Assembly (NCBI GenBank): GCA_951406725.2
Contig: OX597833.1
Coordinates: 29,946,001-30,010,000, forward strand
DNA from: Octopus vulgaris
Lineage: Eukaryota
DNA length: 64,000 nt
Reading direction: 5' to 3'
Shown here: piece after piece, positions 1 through 13,429 of the stretch
Position numbering within the stretch: the stretch's first letter is position 1
How the letters are laid out: every line of letters begins with the position of its first letter
Translations under genes and position numbers: made by a program
Notes under the pieces: generated by a model
Databases searched by the model: none
What the model saw: the letters and a program-made list of their open reading frames with translations, nothing else
What the model was told of the DNA's origin: nothing

Positions 1-2331
1 CAGCCGTCATCCTTTAGGACTGTTCTCTCCACCTCCATTTCCACCACTACCATCTTTGCTATTCTGCTGCTCAGCACTGTCAATCATCACCTACTCTATT
101 CTCTGTCCCCACCCAATCATTCCCATCCTCTCTTCTAAAATATGAGTCGTAGTGTAGCTTCTCTGCTACAAGGAACCTGTTCTGCTATGTTCTTTCTCTT
201 CTCTCATACTTTTATCCATCTTTAACCCTTCATTTCCTTTGGAGTCATAGTCTTGCAAACAGCATGATGGACTCACTAGTGCTGGTGGCACAATAAAAAG
301 CTCCTTGTAGACATTGTAAAGTTGTTGATTTTAGGAAGGGTATCCAGCCATAGAAACTTTTCCAAAGCAGACCCTGAGCATGATGCAATCCTTAGGCCCA
401 TCGGATCCTGTCAAACCATCCAATCCATGCCAGTGTGGGACATGGACATTAAATGATGAGGTGTGTATTTTTGTCTCTCCTTATCTTGACATCGGAGCAG
501 AAGAGGGGCTTCCTTGCCCGGATTGGCCTCACCAGCCACCTCAGGTCTCATGGCGGCAGTTCCATCAGATGATGTCAGTTGGTCATCTTCGAACCAAAGG
601 ACAAACATTATTATCTTGACATCACACAGTAGTTGTAAACAAGACTTGGTGTCATACATGATGTGTCCCTTGTTCCCAATCTTCAGTGAAAACATATTCA
701 GCCATGTGGAAATATTACCTTGCTTGTAAACTGGACTGGCAACAGGAAGGGCATCTGGCCATAGAAATTCTGCCTTAAATTCTGCTCAACCCATGCATGT
801 TATGGAAAATTGAGCATTAAATGATGATACACCAAAACACTCACACACACATACAAGCACATACAACAATTACCTTAGGGAAGCTGGGTTTTGTGACGTT
901 CATGTTTTACTTGAAACATTAGCAACTGAAATGGTTTCAACTGAGAATTGAAACAGCACTTTGGATTAATCCAAGTCTTGTTGGGGAAATGAATAAAAGG
1001 AAATTGCATGGAATCCTGTCAACATGGACTATACTTGTAATTCAAATGTAAAGCCTTGTTACATGTTTTGTCATGCTGATTCTTTCTGGAATAGTCAACC
1101 ACATACACTGTAGAGCAGTGAGTAGTAATTCAGTTGACTAAACAACTGGGAAACTCATTAAAAGCTTTTCGTTTAATGTACATATACATGCATACATACA
1201 TCCACATAGATAATGATAATGTTGATGTTAATGATAGTAGTAGTATAGTAGACTTTTAAATCTGCCTGTCCCCTAATAAACATTCCAACAATTCCCTTTA
1301 ATTCAGGGGTGGGGGAGGCTAAAGCCACTTGCTGGTTCACACAATGTGTTTTGCTACAAAGGGAAGGAGAGCGTTTTGAATTTGGATTCAGGTGTATTCA
1401 GATCTTTGTTGTTCTTTAAGTCTATTCATACCTGTGTTGTATCTATCACCAATAGTAAAGAATGTTTGGAGAAAATGTGTCTGGAAAAATGGGAATATAG
1501 TAAGCTTCCATGTTAGTAATGGTGTGTCAGATAAGATACTAACTCTACCTGGTCACTTAGTCCTGAAAGTTAGTTTATTGGTAAACTAAAATACTGTTGA
1601 TGTACATAAGTTTCACCCAAAATTCTGAGTCCTAATGCACCATATAATAAATGTTAAGACTAATTAATTTATTGTTTAGTAAAAGTAAGTGTTTATCTGG
1701 GATACAGTACTAAACTGTCATATTTAGTCAACTTCAATGCAGTCTTATATATAATGTGACCCCTAATTTTGTATCTAAAAATATTTTTGTCTATTTTTCT
1801 TTACACTCATAGTATAATGCTACCCACTATTTTTGCCCCCATGTTTGTATTAAATTTCTCGTATTATATATACACATTGAGCAAATATGGTAATACAGTT
1901 GATGTACATTAGTTTTCTCCTCAAAAGCCTTGTCAACTAAATCTTCTCCATTTCCATTAAATATGCTAAATTATGCACTGTTCTTTATGCAGGTAATTTA
2001 CCTGAATTATTTTACTCTTTTTAGTTATTCAACCATACACTAGTATATGAATAGTTACTTGCTTGACTTTTTGGTGATCAAGAAGCAATCAACCCTATCC
2101 ATTGTGGAACGAGCCTAGTCACTTATAACAAATATTCACATCATATTCACCTAGAAATGCCCACCTTATTAGGTCATTCTTTCTGTAGCCAGCCATTGAA
2201 TATCTTCTCTTTGATGTCCATGGCTTTCAGTTTCCCACTTGTCCCCAAACATTCAAGGATTTATCTTCTAACATAATGTCCAATAAACTTAGACTTTATG
2301 TTAAGCTTTCTGCTGGTTTCTGTTTATCCAA

Positions 2332-2549
2332 CCCTTTAGCATTTAGAGTGGCCATATCCAGCCCAAATATTCTACCAGTTTTGTGTTCAAACTGTGAAGA
2401 TCCAGCCTCTTACATCTACTCTACAATATTATTCTAAAAATATACAGTCACATCATCAGAATCTCAAAGCTGAGGCAATGCATGATTAATTCAAAGCAAT
2501 GTAAATAAATAAGAATTAAATTTGGCTGAATAATCACAATACTAAAGGG
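2332..2549. mobile_element. Short non-autonomous DNA transposon (MITE) with CCCTTTAG termini, piggyBac-like TTAA target
   Basis: Termini ccctttagcatt / aatactaaaggg followed by ttaa. A related copy lies in the opposite orientation at 3600-3820 and a partial copy at about 5205-5390. Confidence 0.6.
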
Positions 2550-2989
2550 TTAAAGATTTTGGCATTTGTCACCTTTGTAGGACATCATTCAGCATAAAAT
2601 AATATTACTACTTTTTTTCTCTTTACTGTATACCTATTTCTAATTATTACTTAGATAATTAAATATGTTTACACCAACATACCTATTGTTTTTCATGTAA
2701 AAGTTTTTCTGAATTATTTTAATTTTGAAAAATCTAAAAATCATTTTGGTTTAAGATTCATTAGAAACATATTTCTGTAATTAGAAAGAATTTAGAAGTT
2801 TTAATTTAATTGGCTTATTTTAGGAGACACAGAGAAAAATTTTAAATTGTAAATATATTTTTAAAAAACCCTCTATAGTCAAATAAAGACACAAATAAAT
2901 GAGTTTATTTTATTTCTGAAATATTTAGAAACAGAAAATTAAAAGAAAACAAAAACAAAAAAAAATAATTAAACTGAAGAATTGTTCAA

Positions 2990-3196
2990 TACTTGTTTCA
3001 GTCATTTAACTGTAGCCATGCTGTGACACTGCCTTGAAGGATTTTAATCTAACAAATCAATCTCAGGACTTATTTTTTAAAGCCTAGTACTTATTCTATT
3101 GGTCTCTTTTGCTGAACTGCTAAGTTACAGAGATATAGACACACCAACACCAGTTGTCAAGTAGTGGTGGTCGAAAACACAGACGTGCACATGCAA

Positions 3197-3227
<31 letters not shown>

Positions 3228-3372
3228 ATAAGCTTCTTTCAACTTCTGTCTACCAAATCGACTCACAAGGCTTTGGTCGACCCAAGGCTAGAGCAGAAGA
3301 CACTTGCCCAAGGTGCCACACTGTTAAACTGAACTTGGAACTATGTGATTGAGAAGCAAGCTTCTTGCCACA
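2990..3372 (-). mobile_element. tRNA-derived SINE (major octopus-type family), diverged copy
   Basis: Reverse complement matches the intact copy at 34091-34495 (tail tacttgtttcagtcatt, internal CA repeat, head ...cttcttgccacac). A second tail fragment follows at about 3385-3515. Confidence 0.75.
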
Positions 3373-3599
3373 CCTATTTTATTCTTTTACTTGTTTCAGT
3401 AATTAGACTGTAGCCATGCTGGGACACTGCTTTGAAGAGGTTGATCAAACAAATTGACCCCAGTATTCTTTTTAAAGCTTGGTACTTGTCCTATCAGCCT
3501 CTTTTTGCTGAACTTGCCCTTCATTTAGAAAGATAATTCCTTTATTTACTGTAGTGTCTTGTCTAATGTAATTGGGGTGTCCTATGTTGTGCAATTTAA

Positions 3600-3820
3600 C
3601 CCTTTAGCATTCAGATTGCTCTGTCAAAAGTAATGCTTTTTTATTCACATTGTTTTCAAAAAACCATGCATTATCTTGTAGATTCAAGATTCTGATGCTG
3701 TGATTATTTTAGTTTTAGAATGACATTGTTGGGTAAGTGTGAAAAGCTCAATCTGGCTGGTTTGAACATAAAACAGATCGAATATTTGAGCATGATATAG
3801 CTGGTTTAAATACTAAAGAG
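3600..3820. mobile_element. MITE of the same CCCTTTAG/TTAA family
   Basis: ttaa|ccctttagcatt ... aatactaaagag. The internal sequence is the reverse-complement homologue of 2332-2549. Confidence 0.6.
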
Positions 3821-3947
3821 TTTTAAAAAGAAAACTGATTTTGTTATCTAAATAATGCAAAATTTAATGTTTCTTATTCAATATATAACATTAATTTCTA
3901 ATTGACCAATGAATTCTAATCAATTTATTGATTTATTTATTTTACAG

Positions 3948-4116
3948 ATATCTCATTACTAAAAATCAAGAATTTATCACTTGAGATCGCAGAGCTGAAT
4001 GAAGTATTTTTAAGTAAAACTTGTAACCATGATGGCACATCATCCTATTCCAATGCAACTCTGTCAGGAGTTGGTCCTTTTGTTAATTGTGATCCTTGCT
4101 ACCTTAATTAGAGGAG
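3948..4116 (+). other. Spliced host-gene exon (5'UTR plus translation start)
   Basis: Acceptor tttattttacag| ending at 3947 and strong donor GAG|gtaagt at 4116/4117. The 169-nt sequence is non-repetitive. Confidence 0.75.
4029..4116 (+). CDS. First coding segment of a secreted or cell-surface protein (signal peptide), phase-1 intron follows
   Basis: aaccATG context with in-frame upstream stop TAA (4011-4013). Translation MMAHHPIPMQLCQELVLLLIVILATLIRG plus 1 nt has a hydrophobic core LVLLLIVILATLI. Gene identity cannot be determined from 29 aa. Confidence 0.7.
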
Positions 4117-6337
4117 GTAAGTCCACTTTGATTCACATCCTCCTAACATCACTTCAGATATATGTTTTTTTTTTGCTTGAGTAATTTCAGTTTTATCAAA
4201 TCATTAACTATTTTCATTGTAACCTGCCTGACATCATCTCTAAATTCTGTCTTTCAGTTTATAACCCTTTTGATTCTAACTCATGTGACACTTCTCTGTA
4301 TCTCTGGTACAAGACTGTCAATTTTAAAATGTACATAATTTAAATTAAAACCTACCATTATAATTTTATAAAAGAACACATTACAATACATTCAGTAGCA
4401 GAGTTTATAAAGATGCCCTATTGTCTTATGTCATATGTTTGGTTTGATTATATTTCTTAACATTTTGGGTGCAGATCCTACTATGGTTGACTTTACCTTT
4501 CATTCTTTTGAGGCCAGTAAAATATGCACTAGTTTTCACCCTTAAAGGCATTGCCTCAGCACAGCCATAATCTAATGATTGAAACCAGTTATAGAATTAC
4601 TGGCTAGCTTTGTTTTCAGGATCATAAATTTAGGCAGAATTTCGCACTCTTTTCTACTGACATTCTACCTGTGACCATATCTTTTGCCTGATAAAATATG
4701 TCCAGCACTGAATAATCCAGTATGTCCATGGTAAGGTGAAGTTTGATGCAGATTTGGCTTGTTTCTGGAGGTTACTTATATCAACTACAACTATGTCAAA
4801 GAATGAGCTTGGCTACACCAAATTGAAAACGCACCCCTCTCTCTCCTTCACAGCAATTGCATTTATCACACTCTTTCATGAAGTCTCATAGAGACAGTCA
4901 TAGACATGGACTGCTAGTTTCTTCAAATACCATGTTTTATAAAGTGTGGTATATTTGGAGTAAGGGACCTATGATTGACTTTATACATTTGACCAACATT
5001 TGAGAGATCTACATGATTAGGATTAACCTACTATTAAATAAGAACACATGTAGAATAATTAATAGCATTCCATTTATGGTGAATTCACTAATATTTTTTT
5101 GTGTATGTGAGTGTTCAAAAGTACACAAACCCAGTCTCCAACTAAATTTCCTTGTAAATAACTTGATCTGTTACCTGCTACACCTGCTAGAGATGTAACA
5201 ATACTGGCCCTATCTGACCCAAATAGTCTTCCTGTTTTGTGTTCAAATCATCCAAATCCTCTCACACCCTACACTACAATATCACTCTAAAAATAAACAA
5301 TCATGTCATTGAAATCTTGAGGCCATAAGATAATACATGGTTAATTCAAAACATTCAAAATAATGTGAATAAATAAGTAGACTACATATGTTTAAAAAAA
5401 ACTCAATTCAGTTAGCTGTCTTTATAGACTGTTCCACCATTTTTATCCACATTCTTTCTTTTCCTCTCATCTGCCTACTTAATTTACTTAAGAACAGGGC
5501 AGTTTCCCTACCCTTATCTTCTGCTTCAAATAACAATTGAAGTTAGTTAGGGGTTTCTTTGAAGAGACGAACAAAAAGAAACACCTACCTGACTGCAAGT
5601 CAATAGTCTAATCTCTCATTCATAGCTAATTGTTGCTTTCCAACATATCTTATTCAAGAGATTGATTTATATACATTTTTAGATTTTTTAATATTGTTGC
5701 TAACCCTTTCATTCACCTCATATTCTTGTATGCTGAAAGAGATAATTAAAAGGCAGGATAGAAAACACTTTTAAAAATAGGAACCCTTATGATTAAAATA
5801 GTCATGGAACATACAAAACTAACCCTCTACTTTATCAGGGAAGTAGCCTTATAACAGTTGATGACATATTTTTGACTAATATATATGATCACCAATATAT
5901 ATATATTGATGATCATTATTATTCGGGACAGTGGGGTAATTGCTCAATTTTTTTTTTTTTGTGGGGTGAGAATAAATATACAAAAACTCAAAAGCTAAAG
6001 TAGTGAGATGAAATATGTAGTGATGGGTATGTGATCATAAATTAAAATATATACTGAGACCAAAGTTGATTATGTGTTCATATTTAGGTGTGTTCTGTAT
6101 TTTTTGATAAATAAATTTTCTTTATTTAAATGTTCTTGTACAAAAATTGTTTCTTTGCACTAGTAGATGGGGAAAACTATGAAATTTGGTTGGATATTAC
6201 CTGCACATCACTCTGTGTTCACTCAAAGGAATTTTGTTACTATTTGGTTGTTGACTTTTTTATCATAATATCTAAGAAAGGAAGCTGTTCTTTGCTATAT
6301 TCCATTGTGAATTGAATGTTAGGCTTTATATTATTTA

Positions 6338-7140
6338 TTAATTTAAATTCCAAAAGTTTATCAATGGTCTCATTCCAAGTGATAAAGCAATCATCCAGAT
6401 ATCTCGTCCAGTTCTCTCATATAATGGATATCCATATTTTTGCAGTGACATTTCATGTATGGTGAATTCAAAATATCCCATTATTAGGTTGACAAGAACA
6501 GGGAATGCTTTCGTTACCATCACAATTCTGCTTTTTTGACAATAGTAGGTGTCAATATAGGAAATAATTGTTCTGAAGTATAAATTTTAAAGTTCCAATA
6601 ATAAAAACCCGGTTTATGCATTCCAGAAGTTCTTCAAAGTACTTTTCTAGCCAGCATTTTATTGCTTCTATTCCATAGTCATGTGGAATATTGGTGTAAA
6701 AATTAATAACATCAAAGGAAACCAATAATATCTGTTCACTAGTTGTTTTTGGTACGTGCTCAAGTATATCTAGATTGTCTCCAATGAAGCCTTTGATGTA
6801 TTTCAGCAAGAGTTTCAGTAGGATGTCTAGAAAATTGCTCAGGCAGTGGATTTCAGAGACTGGGCCAGCTATAATGGGTTTTAACTTTAAATCTTCTGGC
6901 GCTAGGATCTTTATGTAATTGCCTGGTGGTTGTTTGCAGACTTCATTAACCATTTTGCTCTTGTATATTTTAGGTAGGCCATAAAAGACTAGATTTACAT
7001 TTAAACTTCATGATATAATCTATTTCTTTTTTGTAGAAGGTATCGTTTTCTAGCATGGATAATACTAGGCTTTTGTAGTATTGTGTGTCCATCAGATCTA
7101 CAGCACTTCCTTTGTCTGCTTCTTTAATTATCAGTTCTTT
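6338..7140 (-). mobile_element. Penelope-like retroelement reverse transcriptase fragment (decayed)
   Basis: Minus-strand peptides KEADKGSAV, LPKIYKS, LKPIIAGP..LSNFLDILLK, LVSFDVINFYTNIPH and FILQNNYF are typical PLE RT motifs. The frame is broken by frameshifts. Confidence 0.85.
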
Positions 7141-7559
7141 GTGACATAGGAACTTGATGCATCCCTGTTGCTTGCCAGATCATTGCAAACTGTCCAAACC
7201 ATGCCAGCAGGGAAAGCAAACATTAAATGATGGTGATGAGGAGGAGGAGGACGATGACGACAATTTTATACACACACACATATTTAAAATCTTTGATATT
7301 TTTCTGAGATCATTTCTGATCAAAAAGTGTGTGCCATAGAATTAAGCTTATCTTCTAATACACATCTTATGGTCATGTGATGTAACATTAATCATAACAG
7401 CATATATATGATAACACTGGGAATGACTGTTGGAATATGTTAATCTTTCTATATATAAAGCTGAAGTTGTCTGTGTATAGCAGGTTTGGTAGCCTTCAAC
7501 TAACACTATCTCCTCCAAGACCCTGCAGCACAAGTTGACCAAAATTGCTCTTCCTTCCG

Positions 7560-7812
7560 TAGAAGAAAAAATTCAAATCAGACCATGTTAACACCAAAAA
7601 TTATTTACATCAAAAAGGTGCTTTTTTTCTATGAAAATCCCTATTTTTTACGATTTTTTGACTGCTGTGTCACCATTTTTCGGTGTATTTCAACCAGAAA
7701 GATGTTCACTTAAAGAGAATAACAAGCTACATAATGCAAAATTTTTACTTTTCAAAAATTCCAATTCTAAAGGGTCAAAACAAACCCGAGCAACGCCAGG
7801 CGATACTGCTAG
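7560..7812 (+). mobile_element. Helitron 3' terminal fragment
   Basis: Subterminal GC hairpin-like cccgagcaacgccagg (7785-7800) lies 8 nt before CTAG (7809-7812), which is followed by T. The left boundary is approximate. Confidence 0.65.
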
Positions 7813-8138
7813 TATGGTTGATATAGTTGGGATAATCAATCTGTTGGTTGTTTTGATCAACAGTCATTTGACTATCTCCATGGTATGGGTTTGTTCAGTC
7901 TGAGCTCATCAGACCCACCCAACAACTGGGTCAGTGAATCAATAATAGAAGAAATGTTATTGATGCAGATCTTAGAGGAAGCTATAAAGAAAGTAGTGTT
8001 ATCTGTTGGCTCTCTTTATTATGTGGTAGGCTTGTTTTTGTTTTTTTTGTTTTTTTTTCTAATGCTATTTATTGGGGAAAATTATTTAACAAAGAACTTG
8101 TTTTTAACTCAGATTCAGTATTTGGGTTTGGGTATTTT

Positions 8139-10138
8139 TATTGTATCCTTAAAATGTTAGATTGTTATAATACCCACTTCAGTATACAGTATACTTAGTA
8201 AAACCAGCAAAACACCTATGTACTCCCATACTTCACGTACTTCTCTTTACTTATAGTGTCTAGGCTATTCCATTCATCACGCGAGAGGTGTGTACCATTA
8301 TTTCTAATTCCCTACAACATTTCCCCTTTTGTGTTTTTCTTAGGAAATATCATTTTATTTAGCAATAATTTTTTTATCCCCCCCCCCCCCGGTAAAATTT
8401 ACTATTTTTTGCGTTTGGCATCTATTTTCTTTTCCTCTCACTTGTATACCTGGGTTCAATCACCTGCAGTGGCATTGGTACTTGGAACGTATCGTACAAC
8501 CATTCCATTGGTTCCTCTACTTCTTTGATTTGCTTTCCATGAATTTCTTTTTCAGTTGGTTCCTGTGTCTCTTTTTGAATACCTTTTCTACATTTACCCA
8601 ATACATTATTTTACTTATGCATTTGGTAATTATGCCATCTTTCCAACTCTGCTTTCCATTCTTGTATACCCTCATATTCACCTTTTCACCAACTTTAAAG
8701 AATCTTGCTATGTCTTCCCTGGTACTTTTTCTTTTCTTGCCAGGTAACAATTTATCAAAGATTGATTTTACTTTACTGGCAAGCATCAGCTCCACTGGTG
8801 AACTACCTGCTGATGTATTCAGATTTGGTGTTACACAATACACTCTTAAAAATTGTTGTAGAGCTACCTCATCCATGACTTCCTTATTCAATTTTCTTTA
8901 GGGCTCTTTTGAAGGTATCAACAAAACATTCTGCCTGTCCCTTAGATCTGGGATGGTATGGTGCCGTAGTTATATGTTCTACCACCAACATTTAAATTTG
9001 CTAGACACAAATTGTGTTCCATTGTCAGACACTATCTTGTCTGGGATGCCAGATCTTGTAAACAATTCATGTAAAAAATTTATCACAGTTGAGGAGGTTG
9101 GTTTTTACTCTTACAAATTTCAGGCCATTTCAAAAAACTAACTAGTAAGACCCATTTAAAGGACCAGCAAAATGGGTGTGTAGTCTCGACCATGGAACAT
9201 CTACTTTTGGCCAAGGTTCACTTTTTATAGTGGGCAATCTTGCTACTACAGCACATCCTCTACAGCCTATGTCTCTGCTCATTTTTGGCCAGTATACATA
9301 ACTGCATTAATACTTTCATCCTTGAAATACCAGTGTGTCCAATGTGAAATTCTCTCAACATTTTCTTTTGTAGTGTTTCTAGTATCACTACTTTCTGTAC
9401 ATACATCAATACACCATCACACATTGAGTATAGGTTCACGTCTTGGTTTCATTTCGCACCCAATCTTTACATTCTTTATCAAAGATTTGCTCATAATTTC
9501 TGTAGTATGCTTCAAAGGTAACTCCTTCATCAGGTTCATATTTGAACTCTGTTATGGAGTTCGTGACATAGTTTATCAAGAACACTTTTTCTGACTTTCC
9601 TGACAACTCAGTAATTGTAACATTTGTTGTAATAATATTTGTTGTTATTGTTGCTTCTGATATTGCTCTTGCAGTTGTATTTGCTGCTGCTGTTGTTCTT
9701 GCTGTTTTAACTGCTGCTACTGTTGTTGTTCTTTTAGTTGCTATTGTAGCTATTTTTGCAACTCAAGCAAACTGGCCCACAAATTTTCCATAATTTTATG
9801 AATTTTTTTTCGTAAACTTCCACACAGCCAAAACTTTGTGAGTTTATTAACTCCTCTTTGAGTTTCTTAATTCCTCATGAGTTATTTAAATCCTCGTTAA
9901 GTTTATTAATTCCTTACGAGTTGTTTAATTCCTTGTCAGCACTGTTGTATCTTTAAAATGTTGGATTGTTATACTGCTCACTTCGGTATATAATATACTT
10001 AGTAAAACCAGTAAAGACACAACTATCTCTGACCACCTACTACATACTCCCATATTTCATGTACTTCTTTACTTATAGTCACTAGATTATTCCATTCTTC
10101 ACATAGGAGATGTGTACCAGTATTACTAATCCCCATCA
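8139..10138 (-). mobile_element. Ty3/Gypsy LTR retrotransposon, internally deleted (two LTRs, Gln-rich gag start, integrase; no RT seen)
   Basis: Diverged direct repeats 8139-8319 and 9943-10138 (tgttgta...tacaaca). Polypurine tract aaaggggaaa on the minus strand at 8320-8329. Integrase motifs GIPDKIVSDNGTQF, TAPYHPRSKGQAECFVDTFKRAL and SPVELML, plus HHCC remnant YVYWPKM. Confidence 0.85.
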
Positions 10139-10234
10139 GTAAAAGAGTAATGTCATAACAGGGGACAGAGGAAATAGATTCTTGTTATCATCTATGATTA
10201 TATTATTGAGTTTAACATTTATGATAAATTTAAG

Positions 10235-10448
10235 GTGGTAAGCCGACAGAATCGTTAACACGCTGGTCAAAATGCTTAGCAGCATGTTGCCCATCTTTAC
10301 GTTCTGAGTTTGAATTCCACCGAGGTTAATTTTGCTTTTCATTCATTTAGGGTTGATAAATTAAGTACCAGTTGAGCACAGGGATTGATGTAATCGACTT
10401 ACTGCACTTCCTAAAATTGCTGGCCTTGTGCCAAAATTTTAAACCAAT
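10235..10448 (+). mobile_element. Second SINE family (head ggtaagccgacagaatcgttaacacg, body ...gataaattaagtaccagt)
   Basis: Homologous copies at about 23686-23878 (+), 60030-60233 (-) and 60290-60440 (-). B-box-like gagtttgaattcc. Confidence 0.65.
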
Positions 10449-10740
10449 AATTATGATAAATTTACCATTCTGGGTATACAGCACTAACCTAGCACATCTG
10501 GCATAAGTACCCCTAACACTGATGGCTACTTTTTTAACTCAGATTTTGTTTGATGTATCTGATATCTAAGCATAATGGGACACTGTTTAATGAGTTTACT
10601 TCTGTTATTCATTTATTAGTTTCAGTCACTGGATTGCAGCCAAACTGGGACATCCCCTTCAAGAATTTTAATCAATGATATTGATCCCAGCACTTATTCC
10701 ATTCTGAGACTTGTTTTATTAACCACTTTTGTTGAAAGTG

Positions 10741-10986
10741 GTGTAGGAGTGGCTGTGTGGTAAGTAGCTTGCTTACGAACCACATGGTACCGAGTTCAGT
10801 CCCACTGCATGGCACCTTGGGCAAGTGTCTACTACTATAACCTCAGGCTGACCAAAGCCTTGTGAGTGGATTTGGTTGACAGAAACTGAAACTTATTCTA
10901 TCAGTCTCTTTTGCCGAACCTCTAAGTTATGGGGACGTAAACACACCAGCATTGGTTGTCAAGCGATGTTGGGGGGACAAACACAG

Positions 10987-11037
<51 letters not shown>

Positions 11038-11238
11038 TGTGTGTCTGTGTTTGTCCCCCAACATCGCTTGACAACCAATGCTGGTGTGTTTACGTCCCCA
11101 TAACTTAGAGGTTCGGCAAAAGAAACCGATAGAATAAGTACTAGACTTACAAAGAATAAGTCCTGAGGTCCATTTGCTCGATTAAAGGCGATGCTCCAGC
11201 ATGGCCACAGTCACATGACTGAAACAAGTAAAAGAGTA
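10741..11238 (+). mobile_element. tRNA-derived SINE with an internal inverted duplication
   Basis: A-box tggctgtgtgg and B-box gttcagtcc in the head. Segments 10891-10992 and 11039-11139 are near-perfect reverse complements around a CA/TA microsatellite. Confidence 0.85.
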
Positions 11239-11345
11239 ATGTCTAAGTTTGACATAAACAAGTACAACTCAGTACTTTAGTTTACACTGGTGAATATTCT
11301 CTCTCTCTCTCTCTCTCCCTCTCTCTCTCTCTATCTCTCTCCCTC

Positions 11346-11381
<36 letters not shown>

Positions 11382-12986
11382 ACACATGCACACACTCAAA
11401 TACATGTATGCACACACAATGGGCATCCACAAATTTTGTTTCCAAAATTTCTCTCAAAGGGCATTGATTAATCAAAGTTACAGCAGAAGACACTTCCCCA
11501 ATGTGTCAGGATGGGGTTAAATTTAGAAGTTTATTAGTGTTTCTGACTAAACTTCTAAACTACTCACTTATACTTGTGCTTGTATGTATGTGTAGGTATT
11601 ATATGATGATTATGTGCAAAGAAAATAAAGTAATGAGAAGGATGGCAATGATAATGATGTGGATGATAAAGTGGCACAATAATTTTTTTTTAAATTATGC
11701 TAAATATATATATAAAAAAATAATAAAAATACACTGGCTTGATGACTTTCCTTTTGCAGACAAGACAATAAAAATATTTACACTGCATCTCAGTAGCATG
11801 GGAAGGAAAACCAGGGTAAAAAATTGTTTACAAAGAGCTTCATTGATAAGTCTGCTTTATTTTTAGTAGTAGTTCATGTGTAGCTTACGCTTTTAGGAAA
11901 ATAAATTCTGAAATAAATATGTTTTTGTATTCAGAGATTTTTTTTCATTTATTTTTAAAAAAATTTATATATGTGAGTGTATGTTGTAATGTGTGTGTTT
12001 CATTCTATTCTATAGTTCGGTGGGTCTCTTCCATCTATGCTGTCATCAATTCTCAAGTTTTATATATGGGTGTGTGTGCATCATGGTAGCTTATAATAAT
12101 ACGACTGCGTGTATCTATTTCTATCTATTGTGCCCATAATCTATGTATTTCAGTACTTTGGTATGTGTGTCTTTGCCCATGTTTCTCTAGATGTGTGTGT
12201 GTATACGTGACTGAATCTATATACATATACATATTAATTGCCTGTATTTATGTGTGGATACGTATGTTTATACATGATTGTATACTCACAACACAGTAAT
12301 GGTAAGAATGGATATGTATATGCGTGCCTTTTTGCATCAGTGTATCTATATGCATGCACATATTAATTGCAACCATGGATCTGTGAGTGTGTGTGTGTGA
12401 GCATATGTGCTTGCATGCATGTGTGTGCGCATGCGTGACTACTTATTGTTTTGGTTGTTTGAATTCAGCTCGGTGTCAGGGGCATTATTGCCAGAGAGAG
12501 AGACAGACAGGCAGAGAAAGGCCCCCTCACTTAGATGGGATGACATTATTCTTATAATCTTAAACACTTTACCATACCAACCAGGGCTTGTGGTGGAGGA
12601 GTTCACAGTATAATTGTTGAACAGTTCACTTCATGCAAGCTTTTATTTGTTTTTCCTTGGAACAGAAAATGTAAGACGGAGAGAGAGAGTATGAATTGAG
12701 AGAGAAAGAAATATGATTTTATCAAATAAACATTTTCCATGCGCCCGCCTCTCCCATGTGTGTATATTTATGGATGTGTGTATACTACATCTGAATGACT
12801 TTATTTTAAAGTCTGTAGAGTATCAAAATTGCATAACTGGAGTGACAGCCTCTACATGTTGCTATCTTCTCTGGCATCCTACCATTTTATCTCTCCACAT
12901 GTCTGTTTGTGTATCTACAAATTAATCTTTGTCCAGTTATTTTTTTGTCTGTTTTAGTCCAGTACACACACATACACACACACATG

Positions 12987-13026
<40 letters not shown>

Positions 13027-13429
13027 CACACACACTCTTTTAGTATGTTTCTACTGTCATATTGCTGTCTTGCATTTTCTTATGTTTGTGTTACTGTGTC
13101 TGTAGCTCTTCACATCTCACACATGCACACATTTTTTTCATATATGTGAGTGTACATTGGGTTAAAAGCCAAAATATTTCAGTCAAAATGAGGACATATA
13201 GAAGGCTCCGATGATGTTAAGTAAACAAGGCAATCATGATAAGTATGTGTGTGTGAGTATACACACATACATATATATGGTTGTGTGGTTAAGAGGATTA
13301 TTTCATAACCATGTGGTTTGGGGTTCAGTCTCACTGCACAACACATTAGGCAAGTATTGTCAACTCTATCCTTGGACTAACTGATGTTTTATGATTGAAT
13401 TTGGTTGAGAGAATGTGTGTGTATTTATA

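Noticed and set aside
13160-13225. Possible degenerate permuted hammerhead (AGCC...AAAATGAGG...GGCT-CCGATGA)
   Set aside because: It lacks G12, UH and stem III complementarity, so it is too decayed to support.
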